From a virus, in IMG/VR virus record IMGVR_UViG_3300012041_000044, positions 1 to 36,566 of that record: a stretch of 36,566 nucleotides of DNA. One strand, written 5' to 3'. The position numbers and the translations under genes are program-made. This document shows positions 1 through 9,470 of this stretch, piece after piece. Position 1 is the stretch's first letter, and each line of letters begins with the position of its first letter. A model generated the notes under the pieces. It saw only the letters and a program-made list of their open reading frames with translations. It had not been told where the DNA came from and searched no databases.

Positions 1-123
1 ATCGGCCTCTGCTCCATTAGGGGCTGAGGCTCTATAGATAATCTCATAGGTAATCGTCTTATTTTCTTCCGCGACCCTATGCTCTGTATGAACAACCACG
101 GAGAGGTTAAAGAACTTGGCAAT
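1..123. repeat. Terminal direct repeat, copy 1 (identical to 36444..36566). Circular-closure overlap or short DTR
   Basis: The first 123 nt (atcggcctctgctccattagggg...agaacttggcaat) recur exactly as the last 123 nt of the window. Confidence 0.95.
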
Positions 124-315
124 CTTTCTCCAAAAAGACTTCTTTAAGTATTGCCTCCCTTGAATAGCCTGAACGTCACTAGGCTCAATAATGGCCTTCT
201 TTAGTTCCTGGAACTTCTCCCAGGCATCAAGCGCTTCTTTAGGCGTTACCGCCGGTAGTACGATTGCATCCCGCTTTTTCACTAACGCCATCTCTTCTTG
301 TTTCACGTTTTGCAT
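1..315 (-). CDS. N-terminal part of a putative single-strand annealing (recombination) protein. The gene wraps the contig junction and continues in 36027..36566
   Basis: ATG at 315..313 is preceded by AAGGAAG. Hand translation gives MQNVKQEEMALVKKRDAIVLPAVTPKEALDAWEKFQELKKAIIEPSDVQAIQGRQYLKKSFWRKIAKFFNLS..., which runs in frame through the terminal repeat into the ORF at the other end. The joined product is about 243 aa. Confidence 0.8.
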   Translation of the reverse strand, partial: MQNVKQEEMALVKKRDAIVLPAVTPKEALDAWEKFQELKKAIIEPSDVQAIQGRQYLKKSFWRKIAKFFNLSVVVHTEHRVAEENKTITYEIIYRASAPNGAEAD

Positions 316-676
316 CTTTTCTTCCTTTTTAAATGAGTAGTCGGCCCCATAAGCACGATGTGGCGAGAACCCAACAGCTGACGCTCCTACACTCGCCGTC
401 CCACTTTGGGGCCAACTATGATCGCCATATAGCCTATAGAAGTAGAATGCAACATGTAACACGCTTGTCATACTTGCAACTTTATGATAGACGGGAATGG
501 CCGGTTAGGTGTAATAAAAGTTCCATGCAAACATTTCAGCCCATTACGTTTAGAGCCGATCCACCTCTTATTCGAAAGTTAAAGAGGCTTAAGAACTATG
601 GGGCATTCATTCGTACGACACTTAGATCGGTCGTTGGCCTTTGCCCGGTGTGTGGGGCGAAAGTGAAAGTGAAGAA

Positions 677-1576
677 ATGATTAGAAGTCTATTGCTCACG
701 ATTCTCTTTCTTCAAGGATGTCTAAAGCTGATAGATGATCCAAACCCAACAGCTTGGCAGCAAAACTATGCCACCTTAGAGGTTGCAACGTCTGAGAATC
801 ATTTTCTTGGTGTCGCAAGCCTCCTTGTTCCAACCGGCGAAGTCTCAGACACTTGTTTCGTCGACATCTACACACAAGGTCACGGCACACTTGGACTCCA
901 CGGATGTGGAGAGAGACGCGCTATTGTTCACGCCGATTGGGAGGTTATTCGGATCTCTTGTAAGGATCTGTTCGGGGACAAAGCGGAAGACACTGAAACT
1001 TGCGTTCTATCGATTACAGACGCGTTCCGGTATCCAGAACAAGAAAAGCAGAAAGTGGCGGTCCATCCAGTAGTAGCCCATGTTTCATTCTTCATTACGA
1101 ACCCATGCTGTCTGCTCGATATAGAAGAAAGAGTTGGGATTCATCACCTGCAAGCTCCGGAATCAGAAGAAACAAGCGTTAATATTCTGACTCCATTTAC
1201 GAGCGGTGAATACCTCTCTGCATGTGGATCAGAGCAGCTTCAAGGGACGTTTACAGGAGCAACATTCAACCTAACACCCCCTAAGAGCGAGTTTGGAGGC
1301 TGCACCTGGTTTGTGGCCGTAAATGGGGATAACGAAGGCAGAGTGGGTGCAGTATTTCGAAACGTCTATAAGAGAAACTATGTGCACATGGGGACCCCTA
1401 GGATCGTTATTGAAGATGATCAAATGATCATTGAGGCCGACAAGTTCTCCTCCTTCATCAGGGTTAACGATCAGCTGTTTAATAATCGGAAGGTCATAAT
1501 GGAATATGATGCGTCTAAGCAATACATGATTCGCACCTATTCGAATAAGGGAAGAAACACGCTCGATGTTCGTTAG
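677..1576 (+). CDS. Putative secreted lipoprotein, Cys-rich, function unknown
   Basis: An internal ATG of ORF 641..1576 gives MIRSLLLTILFLQGC, a signal peptide with a lipobox-like LQGC. It is the first gene of a plus-strand block divergent from the early operon. Confidence 0.6.
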   Translation: MIRSLLLTILFLQGCLKLIDDPNPTAWQQNYATLEVATSENHFLGVASLLVPTGEVSDTCFVDIYTQGHGTLGLHGCGERRAIVHADWEVIRISCKDLFGDKAEDTETCVLSITDAFRYPEQEKQKVAVHPVVAHVSFFITNPCCLLDIEERVGIHHLQAPESEETSVNILTPFTSGEYLSACGSEQLQGTFTGATFNLTPPKSEFGGCTWFVAVNGDNEGRVGAVFRNVYKRNYVHMGTPRIVIEDDQMIIEADKFSSFIRVNDQLFNNRKVIMEYDASKQYMIRTYSNKGRNTLDVR

Positions 1577-1592
1577 TACCAGGGGGGATTAA

Positions 1593-1859
1593 ATGCTGAA
1601 TGCCATTAACTCAATAGGTGCCGTATTCCAAAACTGGTGGGCTCTGCCCGCCATGTTCGGCTGTCTCATCTTGTTTGGTGTAATTGTCCAGATCTGGTGG
1701 AACAACTACTTAAAGAAAAAGGCTATGAAAGATAGTGATATGGCCTCAGTTGATGCGAATCAACAGGTCGGTAAGGTGAATGAGAAGATGAACTCAGACG
1801 GTAAAGACGGGATGAATAAGGTACAGAAATGGTTAAAGAACAAGGCAAAGAAGTCCTAG
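1593..1859 (+). CDS. Small membrane protein with a Lys-rich tail
   Basis: 88-aa ORF with GGGGGA upstream of the ATG. It has one hydrophobic helix (WWALPAMFGCLILFGVIVQIWW) followed by a basic tail. Confidence 0.6.
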   Translation: MLNAINSIGAVFQNWWALPAMFGCLILFGVIVQIWWNNYLKKKAMKDSDMASVDANQQVGKVNEKMNSDGKDGMNKVQKWLKNKAKKS

Positions 1860-2119
1860 ACGAGAACGGACAGCCGATCACTCGTGAAAACCAGATCCTT
1901 ACGGCACTTATTAATAAGCATGCATCGGCTCTCGCGCAGCAGATGTCTGATGCTGCTAGAAACTTGAACGCAGAGCCGATCGTCCAACAGCTCTCTTATA
2001 TGACCGCTGCTCTCGTCGTCCTTGATTCTATCGTTCCAGTACTTGACCCGATGAACAAAGCGACCGCAAAGAAGCACCTGCTCAACATCCTCTCAAAAGC
2101 GGATGCTTGTCTTAATTAA
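1829..2119 (+). CDS. Hypothetical helical protein
   Basis: 96-aa ORF on the same strand, overlapping the previous gene by 31 nt. The true start is uncertain. Confidence 0.45.
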   Translation: MVKEQGKEVLDENGQPITRENQILTALINKHASALAQQMSDAARNLNAEPIVQQLSYMTAALVVLDSIVPVLDPMNKATAKKHLLNILSKADACLN

Positions 2120-2267
2120 CCGGCTTCTCTAAAAGCTTCTTTAGTGTGCGAATCACGAAGTCTAAGATCCCAGATGATTTAAATGATGGAACGAGTGCAA
2201 GCGCCTCTGAGATTGCGAGCGCAACTGCCAATACCATCGTAATATTCTCTGTTATAAAAGCTATCAT
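2112..2267 (-). CDS. Small (51 aa) membrane protein not in the ORF track; last gene of the late operon, possibly holin-like
   Basis: Hand translation gives MIAFITENITMVLAVALAISEALALVPSFKSSGILDFVIRTLKKLLEKPVN. A strong AAGGAGG lies 7 nt upstream of the ATG at 2267, and there is one TM helix. Confidence 0.6.
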   Translation of the reverse strand: MIAFITENITMVLAVALAISEALALVPSFKSSGILDFVIRTLKKLLEKPVN

Positions 2268-2306
2268 TTTATCCCCTCCTTAAGATATCAGCTAAGCTTC
2301 GCGGTA

Positions 2307-2825
2307 TTATGTGCCGAGTTTTCCCGGTTTTACGGGGAGGCCGCTTGGCGAGCTCTCTGGCTTGTCGCTCGGCTGAGTAGGGCCCACATAGTTCACCGCA
2401 AAGTTCTCTAGACGAATAATCCCGTCCTTAAATCGCTGCTGATCAAAATCGTGGAATCCTTGAATCATTCGTGCAGATTGGCAGTTTGCCATCTCCATCC
2501 GATAGATTTGAAGCTGCATCACGATCTGAACAACATCATCGTTAGAGACTTCTTCGACGGGTCGCCCAAGATCTGCCTCAGGAGGAAGCGGCTTTCGCCA
2601 TACACCATGTGCTTCTGGACTATCAGGAATCGGAAGCCCAGTGACATAGTTTAGATATGCTTTGAAGTCATTGATGTAGTCTTTTAGACGGATCACATCG
2701 AATGCCAAAAGCCCGTTAGATTGATCGGCTGATTGCGAGAGCCCTAGCTCTAGCACCATACGATCCAGTCTTCGGATTAGCCCATAGATGTCTATGTTTG
2801 CTAAGTCCGTGTTTAATTCTCCCAT
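2307..2825 (-). CDS. Hypothetical protein downstream of the endolysin
   Basis: 172-aa ORF tightly packed after 2829..3254. No motif recognised. Confidence 0.6.
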   Translation of the reverse strand: MGELNTDLANIDIYGLIRRLDRMVLELGLSQSADQSNGLLAFDVIRLKDYINDFKAYLNYVTGLPIPDSPEAHGVWRKPLPPEADLGRPVEEVSNDDVVQIVMQLQIYRMEMANCQSARMIQGFHDFDQQRFKDGIIRLENFAVNYVGPTQPSDKPESSPSGLPVKPGKLGT

Positions 2826-2828
2826 TTC

Positions 2829-3254
2829 TTACCCCTCCTTAATGAAACGGTCCGCCTTAACTCCTAGCTCTGGTAGCGCTATATGAACGAAATGATGGTT
2901 CGGATAGAAGATTACTTCCCCTGTCCATTTTAACACCTCTGTGACCCACAAATAAAGATCCTTCGAGACAAACCCGTTACCTAGAATGCTGCAGTCGGCC
3001 GCCAGGCCCCTTAAGTGCTGACTGGTCGTTGATCCGTTAACGGCTTGGTTAAGCTCTTTCGAACGGAACCCAGAAAGAATCGTAATCGGACCAAATACTT
3101 GCGTTGCTGGCTCTATAGCAAATGTAGATAAGAGGAAGAGATTGTTCTTCTCTTCATAGCCAGGCTTTAAGAGCTTGGCGAGTAGAGGGAACTTGGAAGA
3201 GACAAGGAAGTCTTCTAGACTATAGTGTTTGGTAAGTTTCAATTCCCCCTCCAA
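2829..3254 (-). CDS. Endolysin, peptidase M15 (zinc D-Ala-D-Ala carboxypeptidase / L-Ala-D-Glu peptidase-like)
   Basis: SGFRSKELNQAVNGSTTSQHLRGLAADC followed later by HFVHIAL matches the M15 SxxR...S.H..G.A.D...H zinc-site pattern. It sits in the lysis position at the operon end. Confidence 0.8.
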   Translation of the reverse strand: MEGELKLTKHYSLEDFLVSSKFPLLAKLLKPGYEEKNNLFLLSTFAIEPATQVFGPITILSGFRSKELNQAVNGSTTSQHLRGLAADCSILGNGFVSKDLYLWVTEVLKWTGEVIFYPNHHFVHIALPELGVKADRFIKEG

Positions 3255-3469
3255 AGATCTTCTAATCTGTCTACTCGTCTTTCGATTCGCTCGATGTCTC
3301 TATCGAGGAGACGCTTGAGTTCAATGATTTGAGAATCAAAATACTCTCTCTGAACTCGGACGCCTTCCGTGATGTCCGAATAGCTTCGAAAGCCAAACAC
3401 AAGACCAATGCATAAAGCACAAGCTGTAATGAATTGTATACTATCGAACTTATATCGATCCTCCCCCAC
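3239..3469 (-). CDS. Holin- or spanin-like membrane protein (N-terminal TM plus coiled coil)
   Basis: 76 aa with a TM segment (FITACALCIGLVFGF) followed by a charged heptad-like helix. It overlaps the endolysin start. Confidence 0.45.
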   Translation of the reverse strand: MGEDRYKFDSIQFITACALCIGLVFGFRSYSDITEGVRVQREYFDSQIIELKRLLDRDIERIERRVDRLEDLWRGN

Positions 3470-3491
3470 GACTGTATCTCCCTCACTTTCA

Positions 3492-3803
3492 TTACTTTAG
3501 CATACCTTCAATTATCATACAGGCCTGTCCGGCAACCAACGGAGATCCATAGGTCATTGCGATAAGTTTCTTTAAAAGAGAGGCTTCTTCAGTCGATAGA
3601 TCCACATCTTTTTCAGCTGCCATTACTTGCGAGATTAACTTGTAGCGCTTCACAGACTCTTCAGGAGTCATCCCCGCTTTTTCAATATAGCAAAGAGAAG
3701 ATAGGATCACATCTTTAAGCGTTAGTTCTTTCTCGTCTGCGCCGGAGACCTTAAGCGGCTCGCCCTTAAGGTCTTTCATTACCTCTATCAATGAGACTTT
3801 CAT
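3492..3803 (-). CDS. Hypothetical protein
   Basis: 103-aa ORF between the tail fibre and the lysis genes. Confidence 0.55.
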   Translation of the reverse strand: MKVSLIEVMKDLKGEPLKVSGADEKELTLKDVILSSLCYIEKAGMTPEESVKRYKLISQVMAAEKDVDLSTEEASLLKKLIAMTYGSPLVAGQACMIIEGMLK

Positions 3804-3813
3804 TTATGCCCTT

Positions 3814-4794
3814 TCAAGTTAGTTTGGTGAACTTAAGGGCATAATAAGAAGTGCCATTTGAGAAGACAAGGTAGTTGTTCACGTCCCCTGCCGCATCATT
3901 GATCAGCGCAATAAACCCCGCACCGGTTGTTGCTGCGGCCCCGAAGGCCGTTACTGCCTCGGCAGAAGAGGGGATGGTGTCGTTCACGTTGCCTGTTGAA
4001 ACAAGCGTTTGAAGGCCTGCAGGAAACTCGACGATCAGATCTGCTGGAACACGCATGAAGTTGCTTGTTCCGAGAGTCCCAGAACGTGAGGCTACAAAAG
4101 CATCTGAATCTGAGTTATCGATCCCTAAGTTCACATCCGTAGCACCCGATACCGCGAAATGTACTCTTGGATCTCCTGCCGATGTTCCGCCTACCTGTGC
4201 AAATAGCCTTGCCTCAGATCCAGCAACGTTTGATGTGTTATCTACTTGAAGATCAACGGTGGCTCCAGAATGAGATTTCTGGATTCTTACTAAGCGGGTA
4301 TAATAACCATTCTTCCAGCCTACAGATGTTGACCCTATGTTCCTAGTGTCATCGGCATTTGCGATCAAATCTTGAGAAAACGTCTTCCCACTCACTGTCT
4401 GGGTCGCATCGGTGCCAAGAAGTGTCGTTGTCGCATCGGGGAACGTAATGGCGCGGTTTGCCGTTTGGACAAACGTGAGCGTGGTTGTGGTTACAGCCGT
4501 TGCACCACTTAGGGAAAATGCCGCCACCTTTGTAGCCGTGGTCGTATTGATGACTGTCGCAAGAGTATCTTTGAGAGTCAGCGTTCCAAGATGGGTGATC
4601 GTATCGACTGAGTCAGAACCGAGTACAACCGATCCGTTTGCAGTCAAAAGACCCGCAAGAGTCAGCGCATTAATGGAGTAATCTTTTGACCCGTCTGACG
4701 CCCCGTTAACTAGGTCGGTGAAGTTCGTGTTTACTTGAGTAGCGTCTGATGCGGTGCCGTTGACGAATGTATGTGTTACTGATGGCGATGCCAT
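3814..4794 (-). CDS. Tail fibre / receptor-binding protein
   Basis: 326 aa, rich in Thr/Ser/Gly/Ala. The N-terminus (FVNGTASDATQVNTNFTDLVNG) is typical of phage fibres. It is in the T7 gp17-like position after the internal virion proteins. Confidence 0.65.
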   Translation of the reverse strand: MASPSVTHTFVNGTASDATQVNTNFTDLVNGASDGSKDYSINALTLAGLLTANGSVVLGSDSVDTITHLGTLTLKDTLATVINTTTATKVAAFSLSGATAVTTTTLTFVQTANRAITFPDATTTLLGTDATQTVSGKTFSQDLIANADDTRNIGSTSVGWKNGYYTRLVRIQKSHSGATVDLQVDNTSNVAGSEARLFAQVGGTSAGDPRVHFAVSGATDVNLGIDNSDSDAFVASRSGTLGTSNFMRVPADLIVEFPAGLQTLVSTGNVNDTIPSSAEAVTAFGAAATTGAGFIALINDAAGDVNNYLVFSNGTSYYALKFTKLT

Positions 4795-4806
4795 GTAGTT
4801 CCCCTC

Positions 4807-6489
4807 TTATCTTCTCTCAATTGGTAAAATAGCGCGTGCAGGAGTCTTGCCAACTTGCTCTAAGGTTCTTGCTAACCCTTCAGCCCCAAGCATGACACCC
4901 TTTTGAATTGGCGGGCTCTCTAGGACAACTCCGATAACCTTGCCAGTTAGGCCTCCAATTCCTTGCGCGACTTGCCCGCGAAGAGTCGATCTGCCAGTTG
5001 TAGAACGAGAAAGGATGTCTTTTGATCCAATCTCTTGTGCGGCCCTATAAATACGCGCCGTTGGAAGAACGTTTGTATCTGCAAGCTTGTCCATCTGCTC
5101 GATTGCTTGAATATTCCCCTGCGAAGAAGGAGCCGTAACATCAAACATGACTCTCGGGGCTTTCTTAGGATTGAGTCCCCTTTTAGATGTTGATCTTCCA
5201 AGCCCCATCGCTTTTTGCCCACTAATCACTTGGTCCATCTTCTCGGTGATATCTAAGATCTCTGGATTGGCTCGCCCTAATACCCCATTGGCTGTATTTG
5301 CGGCCTCATTGAATGCTTTTCCTATCTTCGGGGCCTTGAATGCTGCGTTCGTATAGTAATCGGTGGCGGCTTCTTGCAGATCTCGTCTTAAATTCAGAAC
5401 ATAATCAGCAGAGGCTAACCCATCTTGAGAAGAGGCAAATATGTTGTCTAGTTGCTCTCGAATGGCAGAAACTGCAGCGCTCCTCTTTGGAGTAGTCTGA
5501 TGAGCTCCGAGTCTTCTCAATTCTGAGGTAAGTGAATCAATAATAGGTTGGATGTTTATTGGATCTTTAATCCCAATCACAATATCATTTAGGCGCCGCT
5601 CAGATTGGCCAACAAACCGTCTAATCTTTGCATTGAAGTCACCAGAGAACCGTGGAAGGAAGTCATCAAGCTTCTGCTTCATCATGGCTCTCACACCGGA
5701 TGGATTTGCCATATAGAGCGCAATGCTTTCTGGGTTTAAGCCAGGTCCTGAGAGAACCTTCTCGGTCGCTTTTCTTATCCCGCCCGCTGTTACGTTCATT
5801 GTTCTAGAGATTAACGGGAACGTAACAGAAGCACCGGCCCCTAGTGCCATATTATGCAGCAGATCGTCCGTTGCCGTCTCAAGCGTCTTTTTGTCAGAAG
5901 CGATATCGGTAACAAGCCTAGTAGCTTCGGTAGCCCCAGTGCCGGCAAGTTCTCCCCCTATCAGAGACGCCGCTTTCCTTGCGCCCGCTTTGCCTACAGC
6001 TTTTGAGGCGCCCTTTGTCACCATTCCATAAAGCCCCGCTGGGTTTACATAGCCTAAGATATCGCCTGCAATCGAGAGTTTGGGGAATCGAGCCGAGATG
6101 TTCTCCATCTCTGCATTTAGTATCTTTGCTTCGTCAGTAATATTGGTGCCCTTGAGAAGTGAATTAATCCCAGCTGTGGCGAGTGTGCTAAGGCCCCCAG
6201 TGGCTGAATCCCCGAACTTCCTTAAGAAGGCTTCTGGCGCTGTAATAGATCCACCCTTAACAGCGTCTAAGAACGAAGATGGTTTTGTGGCTGAGAATTC
6301 TTTGGTGAGCCTCTGATCTTCGGCAACAACCTTTAGGTCAATTGGCTGGAGTTTTCCTTCCGTAATCTTCTTCTGATAAAGCTCAACTAGATCGCCCGCC
6401 TCTTTATCTTGAGGGTTAGTCTTAAGGCGCGTGTGAGCATCGCGTATCTCTGCTATGACTTCTTCGGGAATCTGATTCGGCTCAGCCAT
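4807..6489 (-). CDS. Internal virion (ejection/core) protein, large
   Basis: 560 aa, Ala/Gly/Lys-rich and low in complexity. It is the last of a run of such genes after the nozzle-like gene. Confidence 0.5.
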   Translation of the reverse strand: MAEPNQIPEEVIAEIRDAHTRLKTNPQDKEAGDLVELYQKKITEGKLQPIDLKVVAEDQRLTKEFSATKPSSFLDAVKGGSITAPEAFLRKFGDSATGGLSTLATAGINSLLKGTNITDEAKILNAEMENISARFPKLSIAGDILGYVNPAGLYGMVTKGASKAVGKAGARKAASLIGGELAGTGATEATRLVTDIASDKKTLETATDDLLHNMALGAGASVTFPLISRTMNVTAGGIRKATEKVLSGPGLNPESIALYMANPSGVRAMMKQKLDDFLPRFSGDFNAKIRRFVGQSERRLNDIVIGIKDPINIQPIIDSLTSELRRLGAHQTTPKRSAAVSAIREQLDNIFASSQDGLASADYVLNLRRDLQEAATDYYTNAAFKAPKIGKAFNEAANTANGVLGRANPEILDITEKMDQVISGQKAMGLGRSTSKRGLNPKKAPRVMFDVTAPSSQGNIQAIEQMDKLADTNVLPTARIYRAAQEIGSKDILSRSTTGRSTLRGQVAQGIGGLTGKVIGVVLESPPIQKGVMLGAEGLARTLEQVGKTPARAILPIERR

Positions 6490-7274
6490 TATAGACCCTC
6501 TAAGTATCCTTTTGCTCGTTTAGACTTCGGTGCAGCCGGGGCCGGTCGACCCTGTCGCTGATCTTCAAACGCTTCTTTTGCTAATCGCTCTGCCTTCTCC
6601 GCTTCTGCAATAATCTTGATTGGCACGATAACATCTGCGACCTCTAGTCCATTGCGGACGGCACGATCAGTATAATCAGACACCTTTCCTTCATACTTAT
6701 GTCGACTGTTGGAGAATATGGACTTGGCGTTTTCTAGGATCTGTTGCCGTCGCGGTTCTGGAACGCGCTTGTCTTCTGAAACATTCTGGAATTCTTGATA
6801 GAGTTGATTAAGCTTGCTTTGGCCGCTCAAGGTGAACGCGATTTCTCCCTCTTTAACTGCATTTGGATCTCTCAACTTCGCCAGAAAGTAGATTGCGCTC
6901 TGATCGCCAATCGATGTGTTCTGTTTTAAGCTGTCTACAAGATTGTCATATGCCTCGTTAACAACTGAGAATCGCTTGACCTCATCGTCTTTAATGAAGT
7001 CGTCTCTAATCGTATTTGATTGGTTGAATCTCGTTTCGGCCTTCTTGGTTCCAACTTCTGCTTCCTTAGCTTCCACTTCGCGGGTTCTAAGCGCTGTGTC
7101 AGACGCCTGTTTTGCTCCCGCTGTTTCTAACTGCTTTCCCTCTTGATAAAGCTTCGCAATAGAGAGCGGAATATTGGCAAGGCCACCTGCAATATCAACC
7201 GCGAGCTTTACCTTCTCTAGCGTCGATATCCCGCGCTGTCTTTGTTGTGGAAGATTTACTCCGACAATTGCCAT
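6489..7274 (-). CDS. Internal virion protein (coiled-coil rich)
   Basis: I prefer the ATG at 7274 (MAIVGVN...), 4 nt after the upstream stop, over the longest ORF start at 7304. The sequence is charged and helical. Confidence 0.5.
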   Translation of the reverse strand: MAIVGVNLPQQRQRGISTLEKVKLAVDIAGGLANIPLSIAKLYQEGKQLETAGAKQASDTALRTREVEAKEAEVGTKKAETRFNQSNTIRDDFIKDDEVKRFSVVNEAYDNLVDSLKQNTSIGDQSAIYFLAKLRDPNAVKEGEIAFTLSGQSKLNQLYQEFQNVSEDKRVPEPRRQQILENAKSIFSNSRHKYEGKVSDYTDRAVRNGLEVADVIVPIKIIAEAEKAERLAKEAFEDQRQGRPAPAAPKSKRAKGYLEGL

Positions 7275-7278
7275 CACG

Positions 7279-7515
7279 TTACCCCATGTTAAAAGATGGA
7301 ACATCCGCTGCCGTAGGTGCTGGTGTTTGTGCGGCTGCTAATCGCTTCATGAGCTCTTCAAGTGGGTTCAATTTCTCTGCACCCTTATTTGCAAGTCCGC
7401 CAATACCAACACCTAAGTTCCCCAAGCCAGTTAAGATACCGATGCTGGTCGCAAAGTTCTCTAACTTGCTTCGTTCTGGAGCCTTCTGAATTGGATTTAC
7501 CATGCTGACTGGCAT
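7279..7515 (-). CDS. Small Gly-rich virion or membrane-active protein
   Basis: 78 aa containing GILTGLGNLGVGIGGLANKG. Confidence 0.5.
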   Translation of the reverse strand: MPVSMVNPIQKAPERSKLENFATSIGILTGLGNLGVGIGGLANKGAEKLNPLEELMKRLAAAQTPAPTAADVPSFNMG

Positions 7516-7516
7516 T

Positions 7517-7900
7517 TTAAGTTAACCTCTGCTTAAGTTTGTTTTGAGCGTCCGAGAAGAACGTCTGAAATTCCATTGCCTGTTCAGGAGAAATATCGGG
7601 GGCGCTTTTTACTTGTTGTTTTGCGTTCTCAAGCATCGCGAGCTGAACATCGAAGCTCTGTGGGACCATGCTCTGAAGACGGTTTACACCTTGAGTTGCA
7701 GAAGCTTGTGTAGTTGGACTTGCCACTTCACCGATAGTCCCACCAACTTGGCTACCTAACCCAGCTCCAGTCACAGCACCCGCAGGTCCACCAACAATGA
7801 ACCCCCCTAACCCACCAAGTCCAGTGCCTAAGAGTTTACCTAAGATTCCCCCGCCACCAGATGCTTTCTTTTGTGGCATCATTACTTGGTTTATAGCCAT
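7517..7900 (-). CDS. Gly-rich internal virion or membrane-insertion protein
   Basis: 127 aa with GGGGILGKLLGTGLGGLGGFIVGGPAGAVTGAGLG, a glycine-zipper-like TM region. Confidence 0.5.
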   Translation of the reverse strand: MAINQVMMPQKKASGGGGILGKLLGTGLGGLGGFIVGGPAGAVTGAGLGSQVGGTIGEVASPTTQASATQGVNRLQSMVPQSFDVQLAMLENAKQQVKSAPDISPEQAMEFQTFFSDAQNKLKQRLT

Positions 7901-8613
7901 TATTCGTATCTCCGACGGTTAGATCGGACAAAGTCGCGTTCTTTTGTTTTCCACCCAGCGTTCACAATGTCCATTTGGCCTTTCGTAAGTCCAAGCTCTT
8001 CTTCAGTTGGGGTTCGACCGAAAAACATGGCCATTGATTTAACTAACCCGCCACCTTCTGCAGCCTCACTTGGCTTGGTGATTCCTGCTTCATTCATTGC
8101 AACAACCGAGTTGAGGAAGTCGACACGCTGATTCAGATCGAACTCTTTGTTGAATACATATTTCCTAAACTCTAGACCCCCTTGTCTTTGTCGTTCGGCT
8201 TGGGTTGCATTAAGCAAATCTTGAGATCTCTGGAACTGGCTTTGTGTCTGGTATTCCTTTAACCCTCGTTCGACTCCGCGTGCTGCTTGCTCGCTCCCAA
8301 GGATGCGACCGTATTCTTGTTCGCCTAAGCTTTGAGTAGCACCTGCTTCTGCTAAGCCAAGAGACGCTTCTTCGGCCGCTTTCTCGGTTTCTATGTCGCC
8401 CCTTGCATCGGCACCCTGGATAATTGAAGCTCCACCCTTAGCACCTGTTAAGCGTTGCTTATTTAGCTGCTTTTCAATCTCTGGCTGGGCTGCACCCTGC
8501 TCTCCTCTTAGTTTCCTTCTCATTGCAGCGTATTGATCTAGTATCCCACCTCTTGCTTGAGATTCAGCAGCTAAACGTCTTCCTTTACTTTGTGATACTA
8601 GATCTGTTGCCAT
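7900..8613 (-). CDS. Internal virion protein (Gln/Ala/Glu-rich)
   Basis: 237-aa ORF with an ATGA-type overlap with its neighbours. Confidence 0.5.
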   Translation of the reverse strand: MATDLVSQSKGRRLAAESQARGGILDQYAAMRRKLRGEQGAAQPEIEKQLNKQRLTGAKGGASIIQGADARGDIETEKAAEEASLGLAEAGATQSLGEQEYGRILGSEQAARGVERGLKEYQTQSQFQRSQDLLNATQAERQRQGGLEFRKYVFNKEFDLNQRVDFLNSVVAMNEAGITKPSEAAEGGGLVKSMAMFFGRTPTEEELGLTKGQMDIVNAGWKTKERDFVRSNRRRYE

Positions 8614-9470
8614 TATCGAGCCCCTCCGAAGATGTCAGCAGACCGGAGGCCTCTTAGTCCTAGTGATATGCGAGCAATGTCTTCAGAGTTATCGAGGCCG
8701 GTGTTCTTTAGTGCGGCAATTGAGTTTACGAAGGTGTTCCTAAGGGATTCGTCGAACTCTCTATTAAATTGAACCTTAGCAGTATCAAGTTCATCCTTAA
8801 ATGCTCTTGCGCTTCTTGCTCTTGCAAGGTTCCCCTCGGCCCCAGCTCTTGATCTATTTAACCCTTGTACAAGGGCCTGAGCCTCCGCCGCTTTCCCTGC
8901 TTCTTCGATAGCTGATTCCTGCTGCGCCCTTGTCTGTGCAACTCCGGCTGTTCTTGACCCTTGCTCTGCGGTAACGGCTTCTTCGGCCTGCTCGAATGCG
9001 CGCCCCGTCTTCTTTAATGCTTTGTCACGCAGCTTGCCTACAGTTTGATCCGATAAACCGGTGATGGCTTTTTGACGGTCAAAAAACTGGGTCAGAAGAT
9101 CTCGCGTCTGCGCTTTCCTCGTTCCCACCTGCCCACGTAAGCTCGCAAAAGATTTCATCAATGCTTGCTCTAGCTCGGTTGCCTTTGCGGCCCTATCACC
9201 AGCAGCCGACTCGGCTTCAACTTGAGCCGCTCCTACCGCTTTATCTTCTTCTATTGCTTCAGGCCTTTGGGACGGCGAATGATATACGGTCTGAGGTAGC
9301 TGCGGTGTCGTTGGGTTATAGGGATCTTGATTGGGAGCTGGGGCAGCGGGTCTGCCTGGAAGCGGTGTATCAAGTGGCTGCCCACTAGTTTCTGGTGCTG
9401 TCGGTGCTGCCGTTTGAACGGCACCAAGTTTTGGAACTTTAGTTTTAGGCCGTAAGAATATAGTTGCCAT
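8613..9470 (-). CDS. Internal virion protein (Pro-rich N-terminus, Ala/Gln coiled coil)
   Basis: 285-aa ORF immediately downstream of the nozzle-like gene. Confidence 0.5.
   Translation of the reverse strand: MATIFLRPKTKVPKLGAVQTAAPTAPETSGQPLDTPLPGRPAAPAPNQDPYNPTTPQLPQTVYHSPSQRPEAIEEDKAVGAAQVEAESAAGDRAAKATELEQALMKSFASLRGQVGTRKAQTRDLLTQFFDRQKAITGLSDQTVGKLRDKALKKTGRAFEQAEEAVTAEQGSRTAGVAQTRAQQESAIEEAGKAAEAQALVQGLNRSRAGAEGNLARARSARAFKDELDTAKVQFNREFDESLRNTFVNSIAALKNTGLDNSEDIARISLGLRGLRSADIFGGAR

Noticed and set aside
333-680. 115-aa plus-strand ORF filling the gap between the early operon and the lipoprotein gene
   Set aside because: It lies in the divergent control region and has no convincing RBS. 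Its composition is odd (Arg/His/Cys-rich) and it overlaps the better-supported lipoprotein start at 677. It is probably non-coding promoter or operator DNA.
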